A stretch of 64,000 bases of DNA from Candidatus Heimdallarchaeota archaeon (GTDB lineage: Archaea; Asgardarchaeota; Heimdallarchaeia; Heimdallarchaeales; Heimdallarchaeaceae): contig JAUVXV010000003.1 in assembly GCA_030603365.1 (NCBI GenBank), forward strand, positions 96,001 to 160,000, given 5' to 3'. Every line of letters begins with the position of its first letter. Position 1 is the stretch's first letter. Shown piece after piece: positions 19,499 through 28,975 of this stretch. A program made the translations under genes and the position numbers. Below the pieces are notes generated by a model. The model searched no databases and was not told the origin of the DNA. It saw nothing but the letters and a program-made list of their open reading frames with translations.

Positions 19499-20910
19499 TG
19501 ACATTAAAGAAGAAAGCAAGATCAAGATTTGTTCGATTTCTTGGTAAACAACTTCGTGAAGATAGAACAACTCTTCAAATTTATTCTAGAGATATGGCAG
19601 ATTTACCTTCTTTAGTTAGCATATTTTTCCAAAATATTCCTGATGGTGTTATCCTTGCTTCTTCAGTAAAAGACATCCAAACTATATATTCGGTGGCCAA
19701 TGAAACAAAAACACCAATTACTCAAAGAGCAGCTGGAACAGCTGGTTTAGGAGGAAGTATTACTTACAAAAAAGGATTAGTTATAGATACTAAAGGATTT
19801 GAACAACATTACTTGGTTAATCCATTAGATCAAACTGTAGTTGTCAGTCCTTCGTATGTTTTCTCTGATTTACAGAGGAAGCTAAAATTAGAGGGTTTCT
19901 CATTATGCTCTTATCCTTCAAGTTATCATTCTGCAACAATTGGCGGATGGATAGCGCATGGGGGACATGGGATTGGTAGTGCTCAATATGGAGGAGTATT
20001 AGAACAGATAGTAGAAATTGAGGTAGTTCTGCCAACAGGTCACTTAGTAAAATATACAGAAAGAGATCATATTTCACTATTTGTAGGCTCACATGGGACA
20101 TTAGGGACAATTACAGAAGTTACATTGCGAGTCAAATTTGATATCCCGTTAAAACACCAAGGTTGTACCTTTGATTCTCCAAAAGAGTTAATTCAAGGAC
20201 TAGAAGAAATAGTAAGGATTTTTCCATATTCTGTTTGGTTTCTAAATCCAGAACATGTTGCTCTTTTCAATGAAACATTTGGTTATAATCTACCCATTAG
20301 ATATGTGGCAATAATCTCAAAAGAAGTTAATTTCGAGGAAGAAGAACTAGAATTCAGTAGGCTATTTAATAACGCCGTTCGTAATGCTGGGGGTCAAATT
20401 CTCGATCGTAGGTATACAGAGGATATTTGGCAATTCAGATTTAAATCATTTTCAATGCTAAAGCAGTGTAAAGATTTTGTTGTTTCTGAAGTGATATTGC
20501 CAATAGAAGCTAGTGACAAATATATAAGAAAATTAGTGTCCAAATTTAAAGGAAACATTCACTTAGAAGGAGAGGTAATCTCACCAACTCATTATGCTTT
20601 AATGATGTATCTATTATATGATGAAAAATTATCATCTTTAAAGAAAACTCTATTGAATCTGAAACTGTTCAATTTAACAATAGGAAGTAAAAAAGTAAAA
20701 GGCACACCATACTCAACTGGACTATGGTTCTCAGGATACTATGGGAAGATATATGGTAAAGATGAATTGCGACGATATAAAGAATTTAAGAAAAGCGTTG
20801 ATCCGAAGAACATTAGCAATCCAGGAAAAGTATTATCTCCAAAATTAAGATTCCTTCCAATAGTGAGTTTGAAATTTGCCGTAAGATTAGCAAGTAGGTT
20901 AATACTATGA
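19498..20910 (+). CDS. FAD-binding oxidoreductase, GlcD/D-lactate dehydrogenase-like
   Basis: RAAGTAGLGG, PSS..SATIGG, GSHGTLG.ITE, DPKNISNPGK; overlaps the previous stop codon. Confidence 0.88.
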   Translation: MTLKKKARSRFVRFLGKQLREDRTTLQIYSRDMADLPSLVSIFFQNIPDGVILASSVKDIQTIYSVANETKTPITQRAAGTAGLGGSITYKKGLVIDTKGFEQHYLVNPLDQTVVVSPSYVFSDLQRKLKLEGFSLCSYPSSYHSATIGGWIAHGGHGIGSAQYGGVLEQIVEIEVVLPTGHLVKYTERDHISLFVGSHGTLGTITEVTLRVKFDIPLKHQGCTFDSPKELIQGLEEIVRIFPYSVWFLNPEHVALFNETFGYNLPIRYVAIISKEVNFEEEELEFSRLFNNAVRNAGGQILDRRYTEDIWQFRFKSFSMLKQCKDFVVSEVILPIEASDKYIRKLVSKFKGNIHLEGEVISPTHYALMMYLLYDEKLSSLKKTLLNLKLFNLTIGSKKVKGTPYSTGLWFSGYYGKIYGKDELRRYKEFKKSVDPKNISNPGKVLSPKLRFLPIVSLKFAVRLASRLIL

Positions 20911-21344
20911 AAATACAAGAATATGAATTTCCAGATGATTTACTATATGTGACGGGGGAACCAGGTCATTTTTGGCTAGAGAAAATATCCGAAAATAAAC
21001 TGAAAATTGGCATTGATCATTATGCATCATCAAGAGCAGGAACTATTGAATTCGTTATGACAATGAAATTAGATAAACGTATCAAGAAAGATGATACAAT
21101 TGGTACAATTGAAAGCGGTAAATGGGTTGGTCACATCAAATCACCTATTGACGGAATAATCATTGAGAAAAACGATAATTTGAGAAAAAATCCTGAATTC
21201 ATTAATGAAGATCCCTATGGGAAAGGCTGGGTTCTTATTCTTGAAGGAAAGGAAATAGAAACACAGCTTGAAGAGCACGAACTCATAGTTTCAGCTGGAG
21301 AAAAATTAGAAGAATACATACTTTGGCGAATAAGTGAAGAATAG
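20907..21344 (+). CDS. gcvH: glycine cleavage H-like lipoyl-carrier protein (GcvH/LbpA-like)
   Basis: PDDLLY, IESGKW (lipoyl Lys), SPIDG, INEDPYGKGW; ATGA overlap. Confidence 0.85.
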   Translation: MKIQEYEFPDDLLYVTGEPGHFWLEKISENKLKIGIDHYASSRAGTIEFVMTMKLDKRIKKDDTIGTIESGKWVGHIKSPIDGIIIEKNDNLRKNPEFINEDPYGKGWVLILEGKEIETQLEEHELIVSAGEKLEEYILWRISEE

Positions 21345-21396
21345 CATATCTTCTGAAAGATAGATTTTTATTTTACTTTACTCATTTTGTTTCATT

Positions 21397-22269
21397 ATGT
21401 TCAGCTGGTTCATACTTCTCTTTGCTCTCTTACAAGGAATTTTAGAGTGGTTACCGGTTAGTTCTCAAGGTCAAACAGTATCATTGCTTATCGCATTAGT
21501 TAATCTAGATGAGAACCTAGCATTTCAAATAGCATTGTGGCTTCATCTTGGTACTTTAATAGCTGTCATAATAAAATATCGACGGGAACTGTTTCTCTAC
21601 TTGAATCTGAAGAATAAAGAACCAGAAATTGTTCAGTGGAGAAGATTCTTGATTTTTAGTACTTTAGGGACTATAGTAACTGGTGTTCCCTGTTTTTTAC
21701 TTGTAAAATATCTTATTAAAGACAATTCAGTCTTTGGAGAATACATTATGCTTGTCATTGGTGTAGCTCTAATCATAACAGCTGCTTTACTCTTCTATTC
21801 TGATCGGAAGAAAAATAGAATAGGTACTCAACCAGAAGAAATATCTGAAGAGAACAAGTTAGTAAAACAAGCATCCATCGAAGATTTATCTAAACTGAAA
21901 ATGATAACCAGTGGTCTTTTTCAAGGATTTTCAATTATACCAGGAATAAGTCGTTCTGGAATAACAATGAGTGGGTTGTTGTTCATGTCAACGAAAAAGG
22001 AAGATGCAATTAAAGGCAGTTTTCTGATGAGTATACCTGCTGTCATTGGAGGTTTCATTCTAGATGTTACTTTTACAGCTGTTGAAGGAGGAGCTATATT
22101 CCCTATAGAATGGTGGCAGTTACTAATTGCAATTCTATTAACAGCAATTATTGGTTATTTAACTATAGAGCTTTTCCTTTTCATTGCTAGAAAATACAAT
22201 TTTGCTTTAATTTGTTTAATTCTAGGAATACTTACTTTAGTGTTATTTGCCATTCGGTTTGCTGGATAA
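21397..22269 (+). CDS. uppP: undecaprenyl-diphosphate phosphatase (BacA/UppP family)
   Basis: QGILEWLPVSSQG, LHLGT, PGISRSG, SFLMSIP. Confidence 0.92.
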   Translation: MFSWFILLFALLQGILEWLPVSSQGQTVSLLIALVNLDENLAFQIALWLHLGTLIAVIIKYRRELFLYLNLKNKEPEIVQWRRFLIFSTLGTIVTGVPCFLLVKYLIKDNSVFGEYIMLVIGVALIITAALLFYSDRKKNRIGTQPEEISEENKLVKQASIEDLSKLKMITSGLFQGFSIIPGISRSGITMSGLLFMSTKKEDAIKGSFLMSIPAVIGGFILDVTFTAVEGGAIFPIEWWQLLIAILLTAIIGYLTIELFLFIARKYNFALICLILGILTLVLFAIRFAG

Positions 22270-22353
22270 AAAACAATGACAATTGAAACCTTCAAAATCA
22301 TTTTATATAATGAAGTTAAAACTAATCAATAGACATAATAAATTGTATTACAG

Positions 22354-22369
22354 TTAACGAAAACGTTAA
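22354..22369. promoter_or_regulatory. perfect inverted repeat upstream of the Arf operon
   Basis: TTAACG-AAAA-CGTTAA. Confidence 0.35.
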
Positions 22370-22443
22370 ATTAACTAGAATTACTATATGATTGTTTATA
22401 CTAGCAGTAATACCAGCTCAGTTAGGTAAAAATAGGTGAATGA

Positions 22444-23454
22444 ATGTCTTTCTACGAGTTTCGAAAACGTATTCTAGAAGAGAAGCAAAAAAGAGAAAAG
22501 CAACAAGGTAGACAAGGTGGAACAAATGACTCAAAACAAGAAACTATCATTGGTAAGAATAAGTTCAGTGTAGCATTATTGGGTTTAGAAAGAGCTGGTA
22601 AGACTTCCTTAGTAAAGAAATTATTAAAACAGGAAGATATAGTGGTCAGACCAACTTATGGAGTTAATCTAGAAAATTATCAATATAGGGATCTAAACTT
22701 TACTTGTTTTGATCTTGGAGGTCATCAGCCATTTCGATTAAGTCTGTGGAAAAAATTCATTGAAAGAGCAGACGGGGTGATGTATCTTGTTGATTCAGCT
22801 GACCATGCAAGGTTTGAAGAATCAAAACAAACCTTCTGGCATTATATTAACTTTGCAAAACAAAACAGTCCAGTTTTATTTTTAGCTAATAAGAGCGATT
22901 TACCAAATTCTAAAGAGCTTTCAGAAATCAATGGACATTTCGAATTAGATAAATTTCTAAGAAATCTAAGACCATTTAATATCAAGAAATGTTCAGCCTT
23001 AACTGGACAAGGAGTATACGAAGCTTGGGACTGGATGGTTGATGTGCTCTGCGGTGCACAACAATGGAAAGTTAAGATAGGAGCCGCTGTACTTGCAGAT
23101 GTTGAAGGTAATATCGTATCCGAAGCTATCTTCGGAAAACCTAGTGAACAAGCAGTAATAGCTAACGATTTCAAAAAACTCAAAGAATTGACTCGTCTTT
23201 TTGCCATTGAGTCCAAGGAGAGCATTCAATCTATTAAACTTGAAAGTCTCTTCAAAAAACATGTAAGTCATGTTAAAAGAGGTGCTTATTGCCTCTCAGT
23301 TATGATTGATCCAATCGATCCAGTTACTAGAGCTCAGCAAATTCAATTACGAATTCTAGAGAATTTTAGCAGAAATCCTGTTGAAGTTCAGAAAAATCTA
23401 AATGAAGTATTTGAAAGCAAGTTTCCATTAGAAGTAGAAGGAGGACGTCGTTAA
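22444..23454 (+). CDS. Arf/Sar-like small GTPase with C-terminal longin/roadblock-like domain
   Basis: GLERAGKT, PTYG, DLGGH, NKSD, CSALTG. Confidence 0.9.
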   Translation: MSFYEFRKRILEEKQKREKQQGRQGGTNDSKQETIIGKNKFSVALLGLERAGKTSLVKKLLKQEDIVVRPTYGVNLENYQYRDLNFTCFDLGGHQPFRLSLWKKFIERADGVMYLVDSADHARFEESKQTFWHYINFAKQNSPVLFLANKSDLPNSKELSEINGHFELDKFLRNLRPFNIKKCSALTGQGVYEAWDWMVDVLCGAQQWKVKIGAAVLADVEGNIVSEAIFGKPSEQAVIANDFKKLKELTRLFAIESKESIQSIKLESLFKKHVSHVKRGAYCLSVMIDPIDPVTRAQQIQLRILENFSRNPVEVQKNLNEVFESKFPLEVEGGRR

Positions 23455-24450
23455 TTGAGTAGCTACTTGTCCTTCATCCGAGATAAACTTATTTCTTCAC
23501 AAGAGAGGAAAATTCCTCAATGTGCAATTTTAGGTTTAGAAGGATCAGGTAAATCAAGTGTAGTAAGTCGTCTACTTTATGGAACTGTTTCAGAAGATCA
23601 ACCAGACCAATCAACATGTTATATCAATATAACTTATGGAAAATCAACAATTACAATTCTTGAAGCCGATGAAGAAACTTCCCGAGAGAGTCCTTATTTC
23701 CAAGATATTCTTAGCAAAATTGATGGGATAGTTTTCGTAATTGATACTCAATCAATAAGACATGTAGAGGCTTCTTTTGAATATATATTCAGTTTATTTG
23801 ATAAGATACCTCAAACAACTTCAATATTATTCTTAGCAAATAAAATTGATATGCCAGATGCTGTGCCTTTTCCAGATTTATTACAGGATCCAGCTTTTCA
23901 AGTAATCATGGATGATATCAACAGATCTGTGTCAATCTATCCCGTTAGTATAAAAACTGGTGAGAACTTTTACACTGCATTTGATTGGGTTATCTCAAGA
24001 ATGACTGGCAGAACCCCCTTACGTGAAGAAGTTACTCCTAAACGAGTTATTATACTTCAGGAAGGTGGAGTTCCTGCTTTTGACCATACTTTTGATGCTT
24101 CAATTGCGGAGCATGACAGTACTTTGTTGGGAGGGTTAATTAGCGCATTAAATATCATGGCTTCCACCATATTTGAATCACAATCAGTAATGGACGTGGT
24201 AAAACTTGGTGGATATAAAATGGTAATTAGAAAAATGGAAGGATGGAGTATCGTACTATTTGTTGATCGTGATGATAGTGAATCAAAGGCTCAATCTCTA
24301 GCCGAAGAGATTCTGAATGCTTTCCAAGAAGAAAGACAGCGTGATCCATCTAAAGACTTGCCAAAGCAGATTAAGTATGAATTTTTAACCAAAATTCCAG
24401 AAATTGCTATCTTATTAGATCAACAACCAATAAGCGAAGATGAATATTAA
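23455..24450 (+). CDS. Arf-like GTPase with degenerate G2/G3 (probable pseudo-GTPase) and C-terminal longin-like domain
   Basis: GLEGSGKS, NKID and SIKTG retained; DxxG replaced by EADE; abuts the previous gene. Confidence 0.8.
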   Translation: MSSYLSFIRDKLISSQERKIPQCAILGLEGSGKSSVVSRLLYGTVSEDQPDQSTCYINITYGKSTITILEADEETSRESPYFQDILSKIDGIVFVIDTQSIRHVEASFEYIFSLFDKIPQTTSILFLANKIDMPDAVPFPDLLQDPAFQVIMDDINRSVSIYPVSIKTGENFYTAFDWVISRMTGRTPLREEVTPKRVIILQEGGVPAFDHTFDASIAEHDSTLLGGLISALNIMASTIFESQSVMDVVKLGGYKMVIRKMEGWSIVLFVDRDDSESKAQSLAEEILNAFQEERQRDPSKDLPKQIKYEFLTKIPEIAILLDQQPISEDEY

Positions 24451-24461
24451 GGAGAAAACAA

Positions 24462-25232
24462 ATGATAAATCCAAATATATCAAAAGAACCATCATTGGTG
24501 TTCAGTGTCTTTAAGGATTATGGACCTGAAATTCTATTCAATAATTCTACTTTAGATGAGAATACTGCATTAACTTTAGTCATGAGTGGTATGACTCTTG
24601 TTGAAATGGATAAAACTTCCATTGGCAGAGTAGATGGTTCAAAAAATCCAAAAATGCTTGGACCTATCCCTGTTCCAGAAAATGAACACTTAAAAGCAAT
24701 AGCAATTCCTTTTGAGACAGAAATAACTTCCTCCTCAGATGAAAGGATAGCAGCTGCAGGACATCGTTTATGTGTCGCATATTTCCTTTTTGAAGGTATT
24801 GCAGTAAGAGATGTTCTAGATAGTTATGGCTTAATAGAACCATACTTTACCTTGATAGGAAGGAGCATGCAGAAAGAGTCAAATATTAATCCTACTTCAA
24901 TTAAACAGCTTTATACTCGTATGATTGACATGTTTTCTGGTAAAATTCCAAGAATCTTTGCTATAAATGCTGATAATTCACTAAAAGAAATGATTGGTAA
25001 AAGATTGGAATATGCTGATACTTACTTACTTTGTGATTTAGATAAAAATGAAATGTATGTCCTTTTATATAATCCATCGATAGATGTATGGAGAAGAAGA
25101 GACATCTACAAAGTAGCTTCAGAGTTAAATTCAAGTATGTTCAGAAGTGCTATGAGAATTAAAACCATTGAAGATATTAAAGAAATGGTTCGAATTCTTG
25201 GAATACTTAACATTGAAATTGCACCAGTTTAG
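24462..25232 (+). CDS. longin/uDENN-like domain fused to gelsolin-like repeat
   Basis: LVFSVFKDYGP, GPIPVP, DERI; C-terminal LEYADTYLLCD...MYV...RRRDIYKVASELN. Confidence 0.6.
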   Translation: MINPNISKEPSLVFSVFKDYGPEILFNNSTLDENTALTLVMSGMTLVEMDKTSIGRVDGSKNPKMLGPIPVPENEHLKAIAIPFETEITSSSDERIAAAGHRLCVAYFLFEGIAVRDVLDSYGLIEPYFTLIGRSMQKESNINPTSIKQLYTRMIDMFSGKIPRIFAINADNSLKEMIGKRLEYADTYLLCDLDKNEMYVLLYNPSIDVWRRRDIYKVASELNSSMFRSAMRIKTIEDIKEMVRILGILNIEIAPV

Positions 25233-25282
25233 AAACGAGCATTTTCTTTTTTCAATACCTTTAGGAAAGATATAGCTTCCGT

Positions 25283-25705
25283 CTATTTATTTTCAGGCAC
25301 ATAACTCATCATGATTAAATCATCGCGAGTGTGCCATCCCACCTTCTTGTAAAACTCTTTTACTCCTTCAGTATCAACTTCGATAAAGAGATGAACTTTT
25401 TTTACATCTTTATTACTAAATCTTCTATGTAACTCATCCATCATCATTCTTCCATATCCGTGTTTTTGATATTTTGGATCAATAGCAAGATGATGTACAT
25501 ACCCTCTTCTTCCATCAAAAGCTCCTAAGACTACAGCAACAACTTTTTTCTCTAATATCCCAACGAGAAACAAATCCTTACTATATTCAAGAGATCTCTT
25601 TATCTGTTCTTTTGTATCTGAAGCTCCTAGTGATAATCCTGTTTCTGTCCAAATTCTAAGAACTTCTTCATACATTCCCATTTCAAACTGAATGATATGC
25701 ATCAT
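25283..25705 (-). CDS. GNAT acetyltransferase (YpeA-like)
   Basis: DGRRGYVHHLAIDP..Q..GYG, FYKKVG. Confidence 0.9.
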   Translation of the reverse strand: MMHIIQFEMGMYEEVLRIWTETGLSLGASDTKEQIKRSLEYSKDLFLVGILEKKVVAVVLGAFDGRRGYVHHLAIDPKYQKHGYGRMMMDELHRRFSNKDVKKVHLFIEVDTEGVKEFYKKVGWHTRDDLIMMSYVPENK

Positions 25706-25781
25706 TAATTGTTTGAACTCTAGGATTAATGAATTTTTTTGTATCCAAACATTCTAAAACTGAGAAAAAAGAGTTACATTA

Positions 25782-26414
25782 ATGATTAACAACAAAGTAA
25801 TCCTTCTATTAAGTGGGGGATTTGATAGTGGGCTTGCAGGTTACCTACTCGAAAAAGTAGGGTATTCAATTATCCCTCTTCATCTGTCAAATGTTGATTT
25901 CGCAGGGGAAGAATCTATAGAAAAAAGCATACAACTATCACGTAAGTTCAATTGGGATAAACTTTATGTCATTGATATCGCTGATGCCTTAGAATCTTTA
26001 GTTGACAAGTGTAAGCATTCATACTACTTTGTTCTTATGAAGCGATTTATGCTAAAACTCGCGAGTGCTGTAGCTAAAATAGATGAAGCACAATTTATTG
26101 CTACAGGAGAAAGCTTAGGTCAGGTTTCAAGTCAAACACTTGCTAATATCTCAGCTATTGAACAAGCTACAGAATTTCGTGTTCTGAAACCTTTGATTAC
26201 TTTTGATAAGGAAAAAATTGTCTCAATGACACGAGAAATTGAGACATTTGACATTTCTTCAGGACCAGAAGTTTGCGACCTCTTAGGACCAAAACATCCG
26301 GTAGTGAATGCAAGTCTAGGAAATACCTTAAATGAAGAGAAGAAAATACTAGATCTTGATTTAGTTACATCTTCCGTTAAGAAGTTACAGATTATAGATC
26401 TAGAGAAAATTTAA
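25782..26414 (+). CDS. thiI: ThiI-like PP-loop sulfurtransferase, catalytic domain only
   Basis: LLSGGFDS, TGESLGQVSSQTL, PLI..DK..I; no THUMP domain. Confidence 0.78.
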   Translation: MINNKVILLLSGGFDSGLAGYLLEKVGYSIIPLHLSNVDFAGEESIEKSIQLSRKFNWDKLYVIDIADALESLVDKCKHSYYFVLMKRFMLKLASAVAKIDEAQFIATGESLGQVSSQTLANISAIEQATEFRVLKPLITFDKEKIVSMTREIETFDISSGPEVCDLLGPKHPVVNASLGNTLNEEKKILDLDLVTSSVKKLQIIDLEKI

Positions 26415-27319
26415 CTAAGTTTTACAGAGGTTTCAAGGATTCTTTCTGCAACTTCTTCATAGTTTTTTGAAGGTAAATCTTGTATTTTTTCATGCTCAAC
26501 CTTCTCAGCTGCTAAAGCCATGCCGTAAGCAATAGAAAAGCTAACATCTTTAGTCTTATTATATTTAGACAATAAAGCTGTCATAAGAACATCTCCAGCA
26601 CCTGTAGGATCTTTTTCCTTTCTTCTTGGAGCTGTAAGTCTATACACAGAACCTTTATCTGAATAAATTAGTCCTTTTTCTCCCATTGTAACTAATTGCA
26701 CATTATTTTTAGGAAAAAAATCCATTATTTCTTCTATCGTATTTTTACCTGAAAATTGTTTTATTTCATGAAGAGAGCACTTTACAAAATCAACTGTTTC
26801 TATCAACCAGTCAATTTCTTCTTTATCGTATTTCCAAATTATTTGGTTATTTTGATCTACAGATCTGATGAAACCCTGTATATCTAAACTAGTAACATCA
26901 TGATTTTCTTTAGCCCAAAGAACAGATGTTTTTGATATTTCACGGAAAACAGGAGAAAGTAGGCATGCTTTTGCTCCTTTTTGGGTCTGAATAAATTCAT
27001 CAAGATTTTCTGCCTGAGATAGCAATCTAAGAACCCTGTATTTGGGGAAAATATCATGATGGAATCGAGTTGTTGATTCACATATTAAAGTTTCAATTTC
27101 TAGATTTTGGATAGAGGAAAGATAATGAATGAAAGCTTCTGGGAAATCTTTTCCAATTGCAGTTAGAATTCTTGTTTTGGAATCTATAATTGGTACAACC
27201 ATGGTTGAATAAGCAGCAGGTCCTCCTAATTCAGAATAAGTCTCTTTATCAGGACCCATTGAATGGAATCTCTTGTCGTCCAGAACTAAATGACTTATTA
27301 TGTTAAGATCTGCTTTCAC
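26411..27319 (-). CDS. PfkB family carbohydrate kinase
   Basis: GGPAAY, DIQGFIR, TMGEKG, DPTGAGD. Confidence 0.9.
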   Translation of the reverse strand: MKADLNIISHLVLDDKRFHSMGPDKETYSELGGPAAYSTMVVPIIDSKTRILTAIGKDFPEAFIHYLSSIQNLEIETLICESTTRFHHDIFPKYRVLRLLSQAENLDEFIQTQKGAKACLLSPVFREISKTSVLWAKENHDVTSLDIQGFIRSVDQNNQIIWKYDKEEIDWLIETVDFVKCSLHEIKQFSGKNTIEEIMDFFPKNNVQLVTMGEKGLIYSDKGSVYRLTAPRRKEKDPTGAGDVLMTALLSKYNKTKDVSFSIAYGMALAAEKVEHEKIQDLPSKNYEEVAERILETSVKLS

Positions 27320-27410
27320 ATTTTCAAAAACTTAGGATTGTACTTAAAGTTTCTCACTTATCTTGGAAAATAGAAAAACATTTTTGAAGGAGGAAAAGGA
27401 ATATTTAGAC

Positions 27411-28889
27411 ATGACTACAGAAGAAAAGAAAGTAAGAGATTTCGGTTTAGTCTTTTACTTTTGGTTTTTACTTGTTTTAGCTGCATATGCATTTGGAGTC
27501 TTTTCAATTGTGCAGCTTGCAGATGCTAATCAAGGATTGGTTCAGTGGATAACAGAGAAATTTGGTGATGCTACGGCTATTCTTGGTGATTATATCTGGT
27601 GGGCTGTTGGTATAGCAGGTGTACTCTTCTTAATTGGAATCATCTTTGCTTATCTTCAAGTTTGGCTAATGAGCTACATTGGTGCTGAAATTGTAAATAC
27701 TGTTATTTTCGGTATCCCAGTAGTTTTAACTGGAGCTGGAATATACGCTTTTATCGCTTTCGAGGAAGTGTGGATTGGAATTGTTCTAATTGCTCCTGCA
27801 GCATTCTTACTAATAATTGCTATACTTGTAGGTAAACGAGTGGTTCTAGGATCAAAAATCTTTGAAATGAGTAACGAAGCAGTAAATGAAGAGAAAGAAA
27901 CACTTTTACCAGTGCTATTTTTTTCATTTATGTCTATCATCACTATTGTTACTGGTGTATCTTCAGCTGCTTATGCAGGTGCTAATATTGATAAATATAT
28001 TACCTCCAACTGGCTAGAATATCTAGTGTTTTTCATTCTTATCTATGTCTACCTAGTAATTCATTGGACCATGCTCTACTTTGCTGATGCAATCAATATC
28101 TGTATATTCAAAAGATGGAACAACTACAAAGAATCTTCTATTAAATATGCTATGAAAGATGTTTGGAAAATTAAAGGTAGTATTGTTATGTTTGGAATGT
28201 TTATGGCTTTCTTTGATGCAATTATAAAAACAATACAATTCTTTGCAAATAGAAAATTCTACAAGAACTGGAAAAATAACAAAGTATGGTCAACAACTAT
28301 GAAAGTTTTGAAAATTATCTTTTTCATTTTCATCTTTATACTAAAAGGATTGTTCAAGATATTGAAGTTCTTGAACTATTATACATTGACCATTATAGTT
28401 GTTGAGAAACAAGGTTTTATTAGAAGCATGATGAGATCTGCTGATTTATCATTAGATTCAGCTGCTGACATAATTGTTGGAAAAACTGGAGTAAATATAG
28501 CTAAAGGATTATTCACAATAATGACATTTGGAGTATTTTCAGCAGGAGGATTTTTCCTAGGCTATTACTGGTTAGCAGGTTGGATTGGAATTACAGCTGG
28601 TTCATATGCAGGTCTTAGCTATACAATTTGGTTCTCTTTAGCTGTAGCAGCTGCATTCTTCTTCTTTGGATATCTTCCAACTACAGCAATTCTTAGACCA
28701 ATATCAACAGCTTATAAGACAATCCTCTTCTTCTACATAGCAGATCCATTTAGAGGACATCCGGGTAGAAGAACAAGAATAACAGGTGACATTCAAGAAA
28801 GTCTTGATAAGATTAAGGACGATGTAATGGAAACCTATGATAAAGAAGAGCGTCCAACTTGGAACAAACCAGAAGAAGCAAAAGTATAG
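27411..28889 (+). CDS. choline transporter-like (CTL/SLC44/Pns1) membrane protein
   Basis: About 10 TM helices; GSIVMFG, LKFLNYYT..I.V...GFIRS...S..L resembling the conserved CTL C-terminal block. Confidence 0.65.
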   Translation: MTTEEKKVRDFGLVFYFWFLLVLAAYAFGVFSIVQLADANQGLVQWITEKFGDATAILGDYIWWAVGIAGVLFLIGIIFAYLQVWLMSYIGAEIVNTVIFGIPVVLTGAGIYAFIAFEEVWIGIVLIAPAAFLLIIAILVGKRVVLGSKIFEMSNEAVNEEKETLLPVLFFSFMSIITIVTGVSSAAYAGANIDKYITSNWLEYLVFFILIYVYLVIHWTMLYFADAINICIFKRWNNYKESSIKYAMKDVWKIKGSIVMFGMFMAFFDAIIKTIQFFANRKFYKNWKNNKVWSTTMKVLKIIFFIFIFILKGLFKILKFLNYYTLTIIVVEKQGFIRSMMRSADLSLDSAADIIVGKTGVNIAKGLFTIMTFGVFSAGGFFLGYYWLAGWIGITAGSYAGLSYTIWFSLAVAAAFFFFGYLPTTAILRPISTAYKTILFFYIADPFRGHPGRRTRITGDIQESLDKIKDDVMETYDKEERPTWNKPEEAKV

Positions 28890-28975
28890 CTTCTCTAATC
28901 CTTTTTTTCTTTTTTCTTCTTTTCCTATAAGTAAATTTATTAATTGATGAAAGTATTTTCTTATTTGGAGATAAT

